DNA of 64,000 nt from Octopus vulgaris (GCA_951406725.2 OX597815.1:179304001-179368000), one strand, 5' to 3'; shown: positions 12,367-27,467, numbered from the stretch's first letter. The notes: generated by a model not told the origin, from the letters alone. Program-made: numbers and translations.

Positions 12367-12757
12367 TACGAGCAAAACGCTCCCCCTCGTCCAATGGACG
12401 GTGCTGAGTTGTCAAACATTTAAACCAAATTTTCTCAAAACAACTTGTCCGACCGTCCCATTTTGTGGCATTATTTCAAGCCAAACGGCTTTTTTTGCGC
12501 AAACTGCACGTGCATTCTTCTCGCGTACGCGTACTATCGATTGCAACAGCTGATGTACTTGCGCGTACAAATGCACGTTCCCACGGCTTTATCGATCGCA
12601 TTCTCACCTGGAATCGATTTTTGTAATTTTTTCAAGACTTATACACGCCCTGATACTGTCGGTATCTACATATGAAATTTGAGCGCAATCGGATCGAGGA
12701 TGCCCGAGATCCTAGAAGACACACAGACAGACAGACGGAACGGATTTTATATAATAT
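12367..12757 (-). mobile_element. Non-autonomous Helitron (HINE/DINE-like)
   Basis: Minus strand starts tatattatataaaatccgttccg(tctg)n; ends with hairpin cgtccattggacg followed by CTCG/T. Confidence 0.65.
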
Positions 12758-13054
12758 ATATATATATATACAAAAAGAAGAATATTAATAAGGATCATCA
12801 CGAAGTTGCATAGCATTAACTTTAATCCTCTTTCTATATATCTACTGCTTTGCATAGACTTACACCTGTTTCAACTGCGCCAATTAGTAACTGTTGCAAT
12901 TGCAATCCTCCTATAATACCGGTGCAGTTTCTTGTGTATGCGTGTGTGTGTGTGTGTGTGTGTGTGTTTGTGTGTAGGAGAAAAGTAGTTTCGAATCCGT
13001 GAGAAGCCAATGAAGGAGCATCTACATGGTCACAGAAACAGAAGCCAAACGCTT

Positions 13055-13498
13055 ATTACCTTTTATCTTTAATTTATTTTGATAATTAGGCAGCGGCCTT
13101 GCTGGGGCACCACCTTGAACAATTTTCACTCGTAGGAATTGAGCCCTGCACTTATTTTTTTAAAGCCTTGGTGCTAATTCTATCGCGCTCGGTTGCCCAA
13201 CCGACCGGTAAGTTATGGGGACGTTAACACATCAACACCGGTTGTCAAGCGGTGGTGGAGAAAACACGCAGTCACACGCACACACACATACACACACACG
13301 CACACACACATATACCCACACGCACATACACGCGCACACCCATATACAACAGGCTTCTTTCAGTTTCCGTCCACCAAATTCAATGAAAACGCTTTGTTCA
13401 CCCCGAGGCTATAATAGAAAGCACTTGCCACAAAGCGTCTATGTAGTAGGAGTGAATCTAAAACCATACTCCTTACCAGACAGCCCCACCTGCGCCTA
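13055..13498 (-). mobile_element. SINE family A, diverged
   Basis: ttcagtttccgtccaccaaattc; head cacctgcgcct. Confidence 0.75.
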
Positions 13499-14351
13499 TC
13501 CTTTAAAATTACAAACTTGAAAAAGGCGATATTAGAAATGTCGTTTTAGACAGACTATTTCTCGAAAATAAACGGAACAGTTACTGTTGAAATGTCTTTG
13601 ATCCTTGGCCTTCTTGATCGGAGACGATTCGGGGAGAAGCGAACAACAAGAAAACCAGAACCAGTCATGACAAAATCAGTCTCAACAAAAATGGCCGAAC
13701 AACTGCGTGTATGTTTAATTCTCTGGTCTTATGGAGAGTTGAAAGAAATAATTAAAAGAAGATATTTGTTTAGGCATGCAAAACAAATATAAAAGCAAGT
13801 GACAGGAAACATCCTAATTGAGAAAGTTGTTTGTATCATGTATACACGAGGATATATAGCTTAGCAAATTTTATAATCCAATTCAGCGTTAATGTGTCTC
13901 TCTATAAGCTGTGGATTTGTTTAGTCCTTGTCTCACAAAATTTCATTGATTTCGCTATTGTGTTACGGCACATAACCGTACGCTAATCAGAAAATAACTT
14001 ATTGCATTCGAAAATCAATTTGGCTCAATACGTAAAGCTTTATTTATCCATTTACAAAGAAAATAATAAATAAGTTGCGGAAACAATTTCCGTGTTTAAT
14101 GCATTCGTGGAAATAGTTTAGTTATAAGTGAATGATTTCGATCTGTTTAAGAGATTTCTATTGCTATCGCTTTCTTCATGGACAATTAGATAAAGAACTA
14201 CAAGCAACGATCTTGTGTATTTGATCGACTACAACAAATGATGGAAAACATTCAGCAACAAAGATATTCTTCAGCAAAGAGACAGATCCTAAGAAAGCGA
14301 CCTTAAGAATGTTAATATACATATATATATATATACAGACTAATAATATAT

Positions 14352-14404
<53 letters not shown>

Positions 14405-14476
14405 TATATACGTGAGTGTGTATAAGTACTGACACTTTTTCAGTTGCTGTCTCTATGATTTAAATTCAAGAACACT

Positions 14477-14535
<59 letters not shown>

Positions 14536-15177
14536 GAACTACTTCTACTGATAATGATGATGATGATGATGATGATATCTTGTATTGGCTACTAGGTCCA
14601 AATACAATAATAAATATGTATATCTATATGTATTGTATTTACTCACACACATACATATGCATATATATATATATATACACATATATATATATATACACAT
14701 ATATGTATACACACACACACATGCGCATAAATAACTTAATGAATGACTGAAAATTCATGAAACCATTTTCTCAGCATCTAGAATATACGTGTTTGTGTGC
14801 GTCATTCTAATTCGAATCGGATTTTATTACGAGACTGGCAACATTTACTTGGATAATTAGATATACGTGAATAGATTTATAAATTGGAAATAATTCCATC
14901 GGACTTCTCTTCTCTCTCTCTCTCTCTTCCGCCTTCCCTCTCCTCCTCTCTCCTCCTCTCTCCCACGCACACGCATTTCTATATTCAAAGATTTTCCCAC
15001 AAAGTTGGATTCTCAATATTAGTGTATACGTGTTCAACTACACAAATAATAACATTTTGACCTATCATGTGTAACAGCCTAACAGAATAGTCATGATATT
15101 CTACGAGCAAAAAACGGTGGAATTCTGCCTATACATAGAAACATACAAGAAATATATACATACATACATACGCACAA

Positions 15178-15590
15178 TCATACATCATAAACAGTTGTCT
15201 GAAAATATCATCACGGTATTATCTACCGATGAGACATGATGTTGTAGCTAGGACACTATAATGAAATCCGTCGGAAGGATAACTCCGAGGACAAAGAAAT
15301 AAGAACGTAAGAAATAGAAACCATAGCCACTCGTAATAAAAAAGAATATTAGTGGAATGTCCTAGTGAAGACCTCAATAAAATGTAAGCACAACAGACCT
15401 GACATAATAATTTGGCTTAGAGAAGAGAAACTGTGCACAGTTGTGGAAATTAGCCGCCCAGCGGATGTTAACGTAAAGCTGAAGATCAGTGAAAAAGGAA
15501 AATACCTATGCTGAACTATTGAGGAATCTACAGCTACTTTATCCAAGTTCAGGTTTATACCTGTAATTATTGGGCCCCTGGGATAATTGA
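15178..15590 (+). pseudogene. R4/Dong-type LINE relic, zinc knuckle plus restriction-like endonuclease
   Basis: Translates as HIINSCLKISSRYYLPMRHDVVARTL...KHNRPDIIIWLREEKLCTVVEISRPAD...FRFIPVIIGPLG (RHD, RPD and E motifs). Confidence 0.85.
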
Positions 15591-15618
15591 CTTTCCCGTT
15601 CCATGAAGCTGCTGTATG

Positions 15619-15673
<55 letters not shown>

Positions 15674-15675
15674 AA

Positions 15676-15939
15676 CAATTAAGATTCAAATGAATTCAAA
15701 TGAATATGGTACTTAACTCAGGTGCACCAGAATTTTTTTATGGTATTAACCATAAAATTATATGGAGTGATTATAACCAAGAAAAAAGCAACAATAATGG
15801 ATCGGTAGTTTAGTACAATTATTTCATACTATAAACATTTTATTTAAAGCTGTAAATTTGCAGCTTTAAATAAAATGTTTATAGTATGAAACGATTGTAC
15901 TAAACTACCGATCCATTATTATTGTTGCTTTTTTCTTGG

Positions 15940-15944
<5 letters not shown>
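15676..15944. mobile_element. Foldback element in (TA)n, PLE terminal-repeat-like
   Basis: 15772-15853 is the reverse complement of about 15858-15944; centre gctgtaaatttgcagc. Confidence 0.65.
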
Positions 15945-15978
<34 letters not shown>

Positions 15979-15987
15979 GTGTGTGTG

Positions 15988-16027
<40 letters not shown>

Positions 16028-16057
16028 TATGTTTGTGTGTGAGTAAATACATATATA

Positions 16058-16319
16058 CATATTACACTGCTTAAATACCAATCTTGAGAATTTAGGCTTC
16101 TCAAAACCAGAAAGGAGAAAGCTAATTCGAAGACTACAGATCCAAGCCATCACTAGAACTTTGAAAATCTATAAAACTTTCCAGAAGTTTATCTTTTAAA
16201 TATATAGGAGCATGTTTAGACATGCAACTATATGCATGAGAATACATACATCAAACATACAAATCTGCACATACATACGTACGTACATACATACATACAT
16301 ACATACATACATACATACA

Positions 16320-16351
<32 letters not shown>

Positions 16352-16460
16352 AAAATACCCTGCTGTTGATGTTGAAATTCTAACGAAGGAGCCTAGAATC
16401 TCGGCTCTTTCTCCATTGGCAGGAAATCTTAAAATAAAACTGAACAATGACAACAATACA
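16058..16460 (+). pseudogene. 3' end of the R4/Dong-type LINE (ORF end plus 3' UTR)
   Basis: TNLENLGFSKPERRKLIRRLQIQAITRTLKIYKTFQKFIF* continues the 15178-15590 fragment. Confidence 0.75.
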
Positions 16461-16868
16461 TAGCTCATGCACTGTTGTAGAGGTCAGATGCCCAACTGAT
16501 GTGAATGTACGATCAAAAGTCTAGGGAGAAAAGAACACTTAGGGGGAATTAACGCAGAACATTCAACTTTTGTACTTTGACTGCAAATTCTCGTTTGTAC
16601 CAATGAGTAGAAGTGCATCAGGTCATGTACCAACAAATTTACACAAAAACCTAGAAATACTAGGTTTTTCGAAGAAAGAACAGAAGAAACTGACTCCTTT
16701 ATATAAAATCTGGCCTTTGTCACTGAATAAGGATAAGTCTTTCTTCTCTAAAGAGCGTTTAATAAAGTGTAAAATGGCGGCCCACCCCAGTTCAACCCCT
16801 CCCCGCAAATCAAGAGCATAGTAAGAATTTATTTATATTCTTAGTTCAACTGCATTAAGGCTTTCAAT

Positions 16869-16909
<41 letters not shown>

Positions 16910-16969
16910 CATTCTTCGTGTATATCAGTGCCTAGATCTAATTTAACATTTTCCGTTTCAGTTGTTATT

Positions 16970-17367
16970 GGTTCCAGACTTTGATACGAAACCAGTAGCT
17001 TCATGGAACGGGAAAGTCGATTACATCCGCACCAGTGCTCAACTGGTACTTAATTCATCAACCTCGAAAGGGTGAAAGGCAAAGTCGACCTCGGTGGAAT
17101 TTGAACTCAGAACGTAAAGACGGACAAAATACCTATTTCTTTACTACCCACAAAGGGGCTAAACGTAGAGGAGACAAACAAGGACAGATAGACGGATTAA
17201 GTCGATAATATCGACCCCAGTGCGTAACTGATACTTAATTTATCGATCCCGAAAGGATGAAAGGCAAAGTCGACCACGGCGGAATTTGAACTCAGAACGT
17301 AACGGCAGACGAAATACTGCTAAGCATTTCGCCCGGCGTGCTAACGTTTCTGCCAGCTCGCCGCCTT
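16970..17367 (-). mobile_element. SINE family B (tRNA-like head, Meta-domain-like core) with internal duplication
   Basis: aaggcggcgagctggcagaaacg...gttcaaattccgcc...gcctttcatcctttcgggatcgataaattaagta. Confidence 0.85.
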
Positions 17368-17559
17368 AATTTTAGTTAATATTATATTAGACTAGTCCTA
17401 AATTCGGCACATTTGTCTAGTCTCATTTTGCTGCATCGCTTTTGTGTATTTACATAGTACCGGATTGATTTACTTCTAAACGCTTTGTTAATTTCCCCAT
17501 TTTAATATTTAAATAACTTTGAACTTTAATGAACATGACTCCGCTTTATATAATATATT

Positions 17560-20400
17560 TCAATTAGTTACCTGGGAAGGTCATTCATCCTTAATGAGTG
17601 ATATATCTTGATTAATCTTGTGAAATTCTCTGCTGGGTAAGTCTTATACGCACCCTCAGACACACACCTTCAGACAAACATGATATCAGAATGGATTTTC
17701 TTCATGTGCCTACTCTTTCATATATTTGGACTTGATGTTGTAGTTGTCATCAACGTAATTGTAATTCCTCATTTAAAATTTAGTTGATTGTTTATACAAA
17801 AGTGTTTATCGTTATTAATGGTAGAGAGAAGAAAAATATGATCCTATAAAGAAAAGAGTGATTTTTCTATTATCTACTCTTTGTTTTAAGTTCTTGATAT
17901 CTTTTAAAGTTTTTTTGTCATAAGATCGTTTTCGGAGCCTCTGTGGCTACATGAAGGAATACAAGTTATCTTCAGAACGGAAACCAAATATTTATCACAG
18001 AATGTGCTTCGCTAAACATACTCGAAGTCTCGAAGTTGATGTTAAACCGGGAAATAGTACAATGGTTGATACACACTGCCTTCATTGGGTGAAGATTTTG
18101 TCTATGTATTCTGTAGCGTCGTATATTCTGAAGAGTACCATAATCGAAAACTTTCCAGTAATTTATCCATGTCATACGCTTTTCCTTCTATCTTCTATAA
18201 GTGCTTCGTTTGCTGTATTTAATGTGGTTAATACATACCAAACACTATATGTTTACTGATTTTCTGCGTGCATGTATCACTTTCAGGCACGTTTTCAAGT
18301 CCTCCGACAAGATAATAATATTTTATCTTCCACATAAACAGCTTCGGTACTGAGTACTTTCATTGATGTCTCCTTGAGTGTTTTTTTTTCTTATTTTTCG
18401 TATTTTTTGCAAACATCGGATTCTGTGAAATAAAAGTTAAGGCTTTCCAAGCTTCTTATTATCCAAAATATCTTTCCTAGCATAATTTCCTGGATTTCTC
18501 TATATAACGTTTTCCCTATTATTTTCTTGGCTTTTTCATTTCCATATCACACTCTCGCATTTCTATTTCACTGATTTTAGGATAGCTTTTCCTGTTAATC
18601 GTTTGTTGTATTCTATCCTTTTTTCTTTTTTGGACATATCCATTGGGTTGTTAGTATTCTGTTGCTGTCTTTTCACAGATGATAGAGAAGTGAGGGGGGC
18701 TGGGAAATGATAACTTATTATTATGTTAGGGTTGAAAACCGTTTGGCTCAATAGGGAAATAGTTTCTGAATAAATCATATTCATTTTATTGTTGAACATA
18801 TTTCTCGTTGAATGTAACTGCATTTAGTTACTATTATTCCGAGATACGCATTTATTCGTAACTTGAAGCGGGGTTCTAGAGTTATTTAATAGTGATTGCG
18901 TTTAGATAAGTGTTATTTTCTGTATTATTTCTCCCAGTTTTTCATTTAGTTGGTCCTGCTTTTAACGTTGTGATTTGTGCTGCTATTATGTTTGTTGTTA
19001 TGCATGGGATCTGCGGGATGCATTTATTTTCGTTTGTTACTGGAATGCATATTTCAATCCTCGTTTTTGTCCTTATACATATTCTCTCTTTGTTGTGACG
19101 TCAGTCATCAATCACATTGTCGCAGTTCAAAAAATGTTGAGACAAAAATAACGTACAATGCATTAGAGTATCCAAATTCTGTCTACTGTATCAACAATTA
19201 TATATGCTTTTCTCTTGTCGTTACTCATAAGTGTTACATAGCTTTATTGGCCGGTGGTAGGCGTCAGTAAATAAAAGTCTGGAGTTTGGAACATTAAGTC
19301 CTTCTACGGATGACGAACGAATAGAGTGGAGTCAACTTTTGAAAAACTCCGGAAAGACTTTGCATTTCAAGTTTTGACAACTAAAGTGAAATCTAGCAAA
19401 GAGGTTTTGTGCTGGAAGAGGGGATCTTATATGAGTTCCAATCACCATTTTCTAATCCTTAGTTATTATTCTGCTTCAGGTCAGCATAACAGGATTGTAG
19501 TAACGGACAAGATGGCCACGAGGGCGGTCGTTTTAGTTGCTGAATTGTGTATCCCATACAAATGCATATAGATTAAAAATTGCAAGAGGAGCTGAGGATC
19601 GTCTTGAGGGAGTTTGATCACAATAACCGAACGAATAGATTTATCAGAAAACTACCATAATCTGTGATATAATAAAAGTAGTTGAACATCTTCGATGTGG
19701 TTGGTGTATAAGGACAAAATGGATTGACTTTTAACAAAGTAGTTCTACATGTACCGTTGCTAACTGAAATTCTTTTTGATTTGATGAATATATCTCATCC
19801 ACCAAAATTTATGTTGATCGAATATTTTATAACATTTTCTCGTCGGTTGGTTTGTATTTTTGTTACCTTGTGTATCGTAAATTACAATGACGTCATTAGC
19901 TGATGTCTGAAACCTTGACATCTCCCATTTCCTGCTTTGACTTCGGGCGTTTAAGAAACGACAAATATGAGCTTGGTATGAAACTGGCTAATTTGATAAT
20001 CTGACGAACCATTATCTTCCGTATCTGCTGTTATTCAATTTCCACAAATTTTATTTCGTACATTACAGTATTCTCTAACGTATACAACCAAGTAATGAGT
20101 GGTGCTGCAACACATACGAAATCTAAAGTGCCACTGAAGAATGCCTTCAGGATATAAAGTTCTCAGATATAAGCAACACCCAAAGAAAAAAATGGCTTGG
20201 AAAACCGCAGCCGGAATCCACCTGTACCCGAGACTTCGGTGGGAGGGGACTTCTTATACATTGCAAAACAATTATTTACGACTAACTTCCGGACCAATGA
20301 TGTTCAGTTCCTGAAAGAAATATAGGGTGGAATTAATGATCAGACGTGTGAGGGTCCCTAATCTAATCCCGTAGATTACATATTTCCTTCTAATATCAAA
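17560..20400 (-). pseudogene. Heavily decayed R4/Dong-type LINE
   Basis: MTWINYWKVFD resembles the RT motif WIDYKKAFD; A-rich N-terminal region resembles 25270-26400; boundaries uncertain. Confidence 0.35.
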
Positions 20401-20411
20401 GCATTTTTAAT

Positions 20412-21302
20412 TATTGGGTCACCCCATAAATAATGCGGCTTTTTCAATTCCATGAACAAAATGTTGGAGGAGGCCAGGATAAACTACCTGCATCAACTTG
20501 CTATAAAGCTGGGAGTAATTTTACCTTGTTCTTATTTTTAGTGCAAGTTTTGAAGAGTACAGTTCGATTTTAGCAGTTATTTTTCCAAAGCTGTAATGGA
20601 TGTGACAAAGGAGTGTATTCGGCATATTTTGCTTTATGAGTTCAATAAAGGCAACAAAGCAACAGAAAGTGCGAGGGATATTAATGCAGTAAATGGGGAT
20701 TGGACTGTAAGCGTAAGCCAGTGTCAACGGTGGTTCCAGAAATTCTGAGCCGGAAACTACAGCCTAGAAGATGACCCACATCCTGAAAGATCTGTAGAGC
20801 TCGACGAGGACGTCCTGCAAATCCTGGTGGAACAAAATCCCATTGTAACTGTTGAGGATCTAGCAGAGAATCTTGGATTTGATCATTCAACGATTCATCG
20901 ACGCCTGCATGCCCTCAGAAAAGTCAGCAAATTGGGTCAATGGGTTCCTCACAAACTTTCCGGTTCTAATGGTGCAGCCACATACAGTAAGGATGACATT
21001 CCAAAGGCTGGAGCAGTTTGAATGGGAAACGATGCCCCACCCACCCACCATATTCGCCGGACACTTCCTCATCTCATTATCATTTATTCTGCATTCTTCA
21101 AAATCATTTCGACGGAAAAAAATATGAATTCTGTAGACAAGGTCAGAACAGTCACGGACAAGTGAATTTTGGAAGAGGGGCCTTGCAAGTCTAACAGATA
21201 GATGGAAGAGCATTGTAGAAAATAAAGGAGAGTATATTTTAGATTAAAAAAGAACTTTGTTTATCTTAATTTTGAAAAATAAAAGAATAAAAAGACTGCA
21301 TT
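20412..21302 (+). mobile_element. Mariner transposon with internally deleted, pseudogenised transposase (20596-21247)
   Basis: Left TIR-like tattgggtcaccccataaataatgcgg; MDVTKECIRHILLYEF...QRWFQKF*...GQWVPHKLS, then PHT...WETMPHPP and GEYILD*. Confidence 0.92.
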
Positions 21303-21724
21303 CTTCTTCTTTTTCTTCTTTTTATTCTTCTTCTTGTTCTTCTTCTTCTTCTTCTTCTTCTTCTTCTTCTTCTTCTTCTTCTTCTTCTTCTTCTTCTTCT
21401 TCTTCTTTCTCTCTCTGTCTCTATATTTTTTTAAGGTAATAAATATCTTTCTTTTGACAATTATTACTTATTTCATTATTTTGTAAAAGCACGAAAAGAT
21501 TTAATAAAAGTCAGTTTAGAAAATATTCTATGCACGCCGTGTCCCGATGGTGGTACATATAAAACACACACACACGCACGTAAATATGTGTGTGTGTGTG
21601 TGTGTGTGTGTATAAATATATTTGGTTTAGGGTTTGTAAATCTATGTATACATGAATTATATTAGTCAATCAAATTCAATTTTCTTCGAAGTTTCGGCCA
21701 GCTTAAGGCATCATCAAACTGCTT

Positions 21725-22690
<966 letters not shown>

Positions 22691-22749
22691 ATATTCATAA
22701 GGTGTATATTAGACTATTGACTTCTTCAGGTTGGTGCCGATCCCATCGA

Positions 22750-23470
22750 TTTCAGGAGTGTTTTACTCCATAACGGTAATGTTGTCTCTACGTATATCAA
22801 CACGGTCACCTTTCCCTACTTACACATGTATCGAAAACACAGTCTCCAACCGGCAGGTGGCGATAATTTCGAATCTTGGCCGTTAAATTCGCAAAAATTA
22901 TTAGAGCGTCCGATAAAATTCTTAGCAGTCTTTGTTCTGGTTCTCTGGGCTTTAGGTTGGAATCATATCAATGTGAACTTTGTTCTACATTCTTTCGAGA
23001 TCAAAGGTGGTCGATGTGTGGTATCGTAAGAAAGTCGAACGAAACCGTATTTCTTGCTGATGTCTGCAATCAAATTTCTTGGGTGTAGACTTAATCCTTC
23101 ACCTGGTTTAACACTCGTACTTAATAATCCTTGGGTGTCTTCAGCGAAGTTTATTCGGCTGCGAGAACGGGCCAGGCTTCTAATTTGAGGAATGCTTCCT
23201 CTATTCCTCCATCCAGTCTTGGAAACTCTGAAAAATAAAGTTCCTGGATACAGCCCTACTTTCTCTGACTTAATGGCAAATAAATGGGAAAGTAACAATA
23301 ATATACCACGTCCACCGTTTCGTCCAAACCCCTTGTATTTTGGCTGTTTTCACTAGTATAAATATCTATTTGATGTCGAAACAGCTTGTTGAAATTCTGT
23401 TGGGGTACCTCAAAGGTCGGCTTAAAATACGATTGCTTGGAAACAGAAACACACAAACTAAATACCACCA
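22750..23470 (-). pseudogene. Decayed RTE-like reverse transcriptase relic
   Basis: Frameshifted remnants resembling GVRQGC.L.P.LF, the RTE LxRLxxxxK insert and ..YG. Confidence 0.4.
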
Positions 23471-24059
23471 ATAAATAACTACACTATCCTTACTTCATGT
23501 ATATCTTCCAGTTTGTTTCAATGTTAAAAGCCTTTATGCTCACTCATTCATATCTTCTTCATTTTGTTTTGGTGATGATAAAATATACACAGCAATATAC
23601 CAGCGATTACGTCAGGATGCTGCACTTTCGTTAGACATGTTTACAACTAGATGCATAAAGCTAATAGGAATAAAGTGTTTCGTCGTAGTGAAAGGTGCTA
23701 GAGGAAAAAATATATAAACGAAGAGAAATTGGATTACGTGAATTTCATATAAATTTCCCAAGAATATTTTCATTTGCTATAACGAAATAAAGTGACAGAG
23801 AGGTTAGAGCCGATCTCAGATATGACAATACCGTTTATAAGCCAGGTTCCCATCTACTTACAGCTGGGTTCCTTCACTGCAGGAATCATTAAGAGAGTGT
23901 CTTCTATCCGAGAGAAATCGGAGTGACAGAAGCTTGTCAAATATGAACGGAAGCTATTTCTGGATAGCAAACAGGTTTAATACTATCAGGTGATCCCTGA
24001 ATTTCTTTAGCGGATTTCCCTCCAATTGCAAGCATCCAGACCAACACTCCTATCAAAAG

Positions 24060-24788
24060 AATACATTTCAGGAAGAGTGCAAATGGTTACAAGAGTTGTT
24101 TAAGGATGAGGAATCAAACACCGATGTTTCCAGAGGTGAATTATTCAACCCCCAAAGAATTCCTCTCAACACATGTCAATCACGTTCCCCAATTCTTCTG
24201 CTTGTGATCAGAGATGCACATATCGTCGGCCACGAAGGGACATGCTGAACTGGTTACGGTCAAGCAAAGTGACACTGGGGTAAAATAAACGAAGCCCAGT
24301 ATACCCATCATGACTATCCGTCTGATAAGGGTGCACCAGGCACATACATCACAACCATATGTGTGTGAGATGGTGATCTCATATCAAGATAAACAGCACA
24401 TGACCTTGCAGGTGGGGCCCAGGTAGAATTTTCTTCTGGTCGAGTAGCCCATCCTGCTCAAAAGGTCCCCGAATAAGGATTGTTTAAAGATGTTGAACGA
24501 ACCACCCATGTTTCCAGAGGTGAATTATTCAAACCCCAAAGAATCCCTCTCAACACATGGCTATGAGGCTCCTCCACAACTTCTGCTCGTGATCAGAGAT
24601 GCACATATCATCAGCCAACAAAGGACATGCTCAACTGGTTAAAGACAAACAACTGACAAGCAAATCTGTGGTATTGCGCAGAATATTTGTTGTAAGTCCA
24701 TCTTTTATACCAAGACAAAACAATGTACAGGATAACACTTCCAATCAGTTAAGATCAGAAACCATGAGAGCCACTGCCTGGTACTGCA

Positions 24789-24790
<2 letters not shown>
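24060..24790 (-). repeat. Interspersed repeat with a partial ~385-bp direct duplication, next to (ATT)n; possible 5' region of an RLE LINE
   Basis: atgtttccagaggtgaattattcaa...gtgatcagagatgcacatatc occurs at about 24124-24225 and about 24508-24610. Confidence 0.5.
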
Positions 24791-24856
<66 letters not shown>

Positions 24857-24857
<1 letters not shown>

Positions 24858-25019
24858 GGCGCAGGAGTGGCTGTGTGGTAAGTAGCTTGCTAACCAACCA
24901 CATGGTTCCGGGTTCAGTCCACTGCGTGGCATCTTGGGCAAGTGTCTTCTGCTATAGCCCCGGGCCGACCAATGCCTTGTGAGTGGATTTGGTAGACGGA
25001 AACTGAAATAAGCCTGTCG

Positions 25020-25060
<41 letters not shown>

Positions 25061-25270
25061 GTCTGTGTTTGTCCCCTTAGCATTGCTTGACAACTGATGC
25101 TGGTGTGTTTACGTCCCCGTCCAAAAGCGGTTCGGCAAAAAAGACCGATAGAATAAGTACTGGGCTTACAAAGAATAAGTCCCGGGGTCGATTTGCCCGA
25201 CTAAAGGCGGTGTTCCAGCATGGCCGCAGTCAAATGACTGAAACAAGTAAGAGTAAGAGTAAGAGTAAGT
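24857..25270 (+). mobile_element. SINE family A, full length
   Basis: aggcgcaggagtggctgtgtggtaag head, central microsatellite, (aagagt)n tail. Confidence 0.92.
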
Positions 25271-26400
25271 AAGTCTGTAGATATTCTGTCAGTTTATTGT
25301 ACGTTTGTTTTACTGCCCAAATTTTATTCCAAAATTCCTGCATTTCTTCTTTTGATGGGCCATGCTTTACTGTAACTGATATTTTCCCTATCTTCCAGTA
25401 AAATATTTTTTGGATTATTTTTGAACATGTTGTCCTTGAAGAACCTAACGCGTTTTTCATACCTTGCTATGCAAGCAGCTTTAGCGGATACCTTTCCCTT
25501 GATAGTTCCTTTGGTGGTATCGATGTATAGTTTTCATATAATACTTTTTCTTTAATTTTCGGATTTTTGTTGATTTGATATTCTTCTGAAACTTAAGGTC
25601 TTTCAAACAGACCTAAGTAACTGAATTTCGTGTTGGATACGCTCTTGCCAAATAGGCTGTTGTGGGAATGTTGTCGTTTTCTAATCTTTTCATCACATAG
25701 AATCGTTGAGATCTTCGCGGATGCATTGTTGCGGCGATTGAGATCTGTAACATCAGCATCATTAGCTGAAATTACATCCTTAAGTGCAAGGCGGATTTTG
25801 TCAATCACTTTCAGGTTTTGATTAGAATTGCGAATTTTTGGGAGAGTGTCGCGTTCACTCATTTTGGTTTTATTTAATGTTCAGCCATTCAATCAGGATT
25901 TGCTTTTTTAGATCCTGTAGTTCTGTTGGGTCAATTTCTAAGTGACTTTCTTCATCTATCTGATTTTTATCTTCCTTGATGTTTATGGCTGCTTCAGAGA
26001 GTATTTCACTTGGCTTATCAGTTACATTTACTCTTTCTATCATTATTGCATTTTTATCAGACCTGGGTTGGTCTGTAATTATTTCCTCTATCGTATCTTC
26101 TTTAGCTGCAACTTCGTTCCTTTTGTCCCTTACTGATTATTTAATTTGGTCAATCTCTAATTCAATTTGTAATTTCTTTTTCATAATGTTTCTTCTGACG
26201 TTGGCAAGTTTGTTGCTTTTTATGCAGGATCTTACTTCAGGGTGCTTTTCCCTCAAGTTGAGGTAGGTTTTTTCAGTATTAGATTGATTTGTGGGGAAAC
26301 ACATGGCACGATAGAAGATCATAAGAACTTCTTTATTATCTCCTCTTGACCATTTTTCATTCTTTTTCTTTTTCTAGCTTCTTAAAGCTAACAGATCTGT
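25270..26400 (-). pseudogene. R4/Dong-type LINE ORF, N-terminal relic
   Basis: IFYRAMCFP...TYLNLREKHPEVR...SNKLANVRRNI and KIFYWKIG...PSKEEMQEFWNKIW are typical pre-RT motifs. Confidence 0.75.
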
Positions 26401-26870
26401 ATTCTTCTGCATATTTTTGTTTACAGATTCCTCTCCTGACCTAGTTTCTTTTCTGGTATTTTTAAACTTATGAAGAAACTAACTTCTGTGTTAGCTCGAA
26501 GAAAATCGTTTTATTATTGTTTTGCTTCGTTTGTGACACGTGCTTTCATATTCGTGTACGTGCTTCCTGTAAATTTCACATACTCGTGTAAACATTGGGG
26601 TGTTTGTTAAGTCATATGGGTATTAATGTGTATACATGATTGTATGGACATTCGAGTAGATGCGTAATTAATCAATTCACGCACTCACCCTTTTGTAAAC
26701 TTTCCGATGTCGGTTTTGCACGTGTCTTTCGCACATTTTTTGCTGAAACATCGTGCATGGGAGAAACTGTGCTTTTTATGGCAGTAAAATTTCGTTTTTT
26801 GTTATTATTTTCGTTTAAAGGCCGCTTCCTTCAAGTTTTCTCTCCCTATACACACACACACACACACGCA

Positions 26871-26902
<32 letters not shown>

Positions 26903-27011
26903 TATAAATATATATATATAAAGGGAAAGTTTACGAAAATAAACAAAAGACGAAGGCAGGTGAAGTACAAACAAACAAATGTATTAGTATAGCGCTCAGG
27001 AATAGAAAAAG

Positions 27012-27049
27012 TCTTTTACGTTTCGAGCCTACGCTCGTCGACAGAAAGA
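27012..27049 (-). ncRNA. Minimal hammerhead-like motif (A6U variant) in a (TA)n-flanked repeat (26920-27106)
   Basis: Minus strand: tcttt-CTGTCGA-c-GAGC(gtag)GCTC-GAAA-CG-TA-aaaga. Confidence 0.5.
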
Positions 27050-27413
27050 TACACATAAAAAAGCAAGGAGAGAAAAAAAAATGCGTGTAGGAGCTAACGA
27101 TCTATCATATATATATATATATATATATATATACCCGACAATAATAGTCCGTACATGTATTTACGCACCAATGATCTTTTTTTTCTTTTCTCTTTGCAAA
27201 CGTGAGACTAATAACACCTATGTGAAAACATACCTCTCGTGTTTTTTCTTGTTTTTGTTAATTCATGCTTTTGTTAATTCACACTGAATCTCCTCGAGAA
27301 CTACGTTAAGGGTACGCGAAGCTGTTCCGTTGATCAGATCAACTGGAACCTTCGTCGTCGCAACCGACGGAGTGTCACGCGCATACACACACACACATAT
27401 ATATATATGTGTG

Positions 27414-27467
<54 letters not shown>

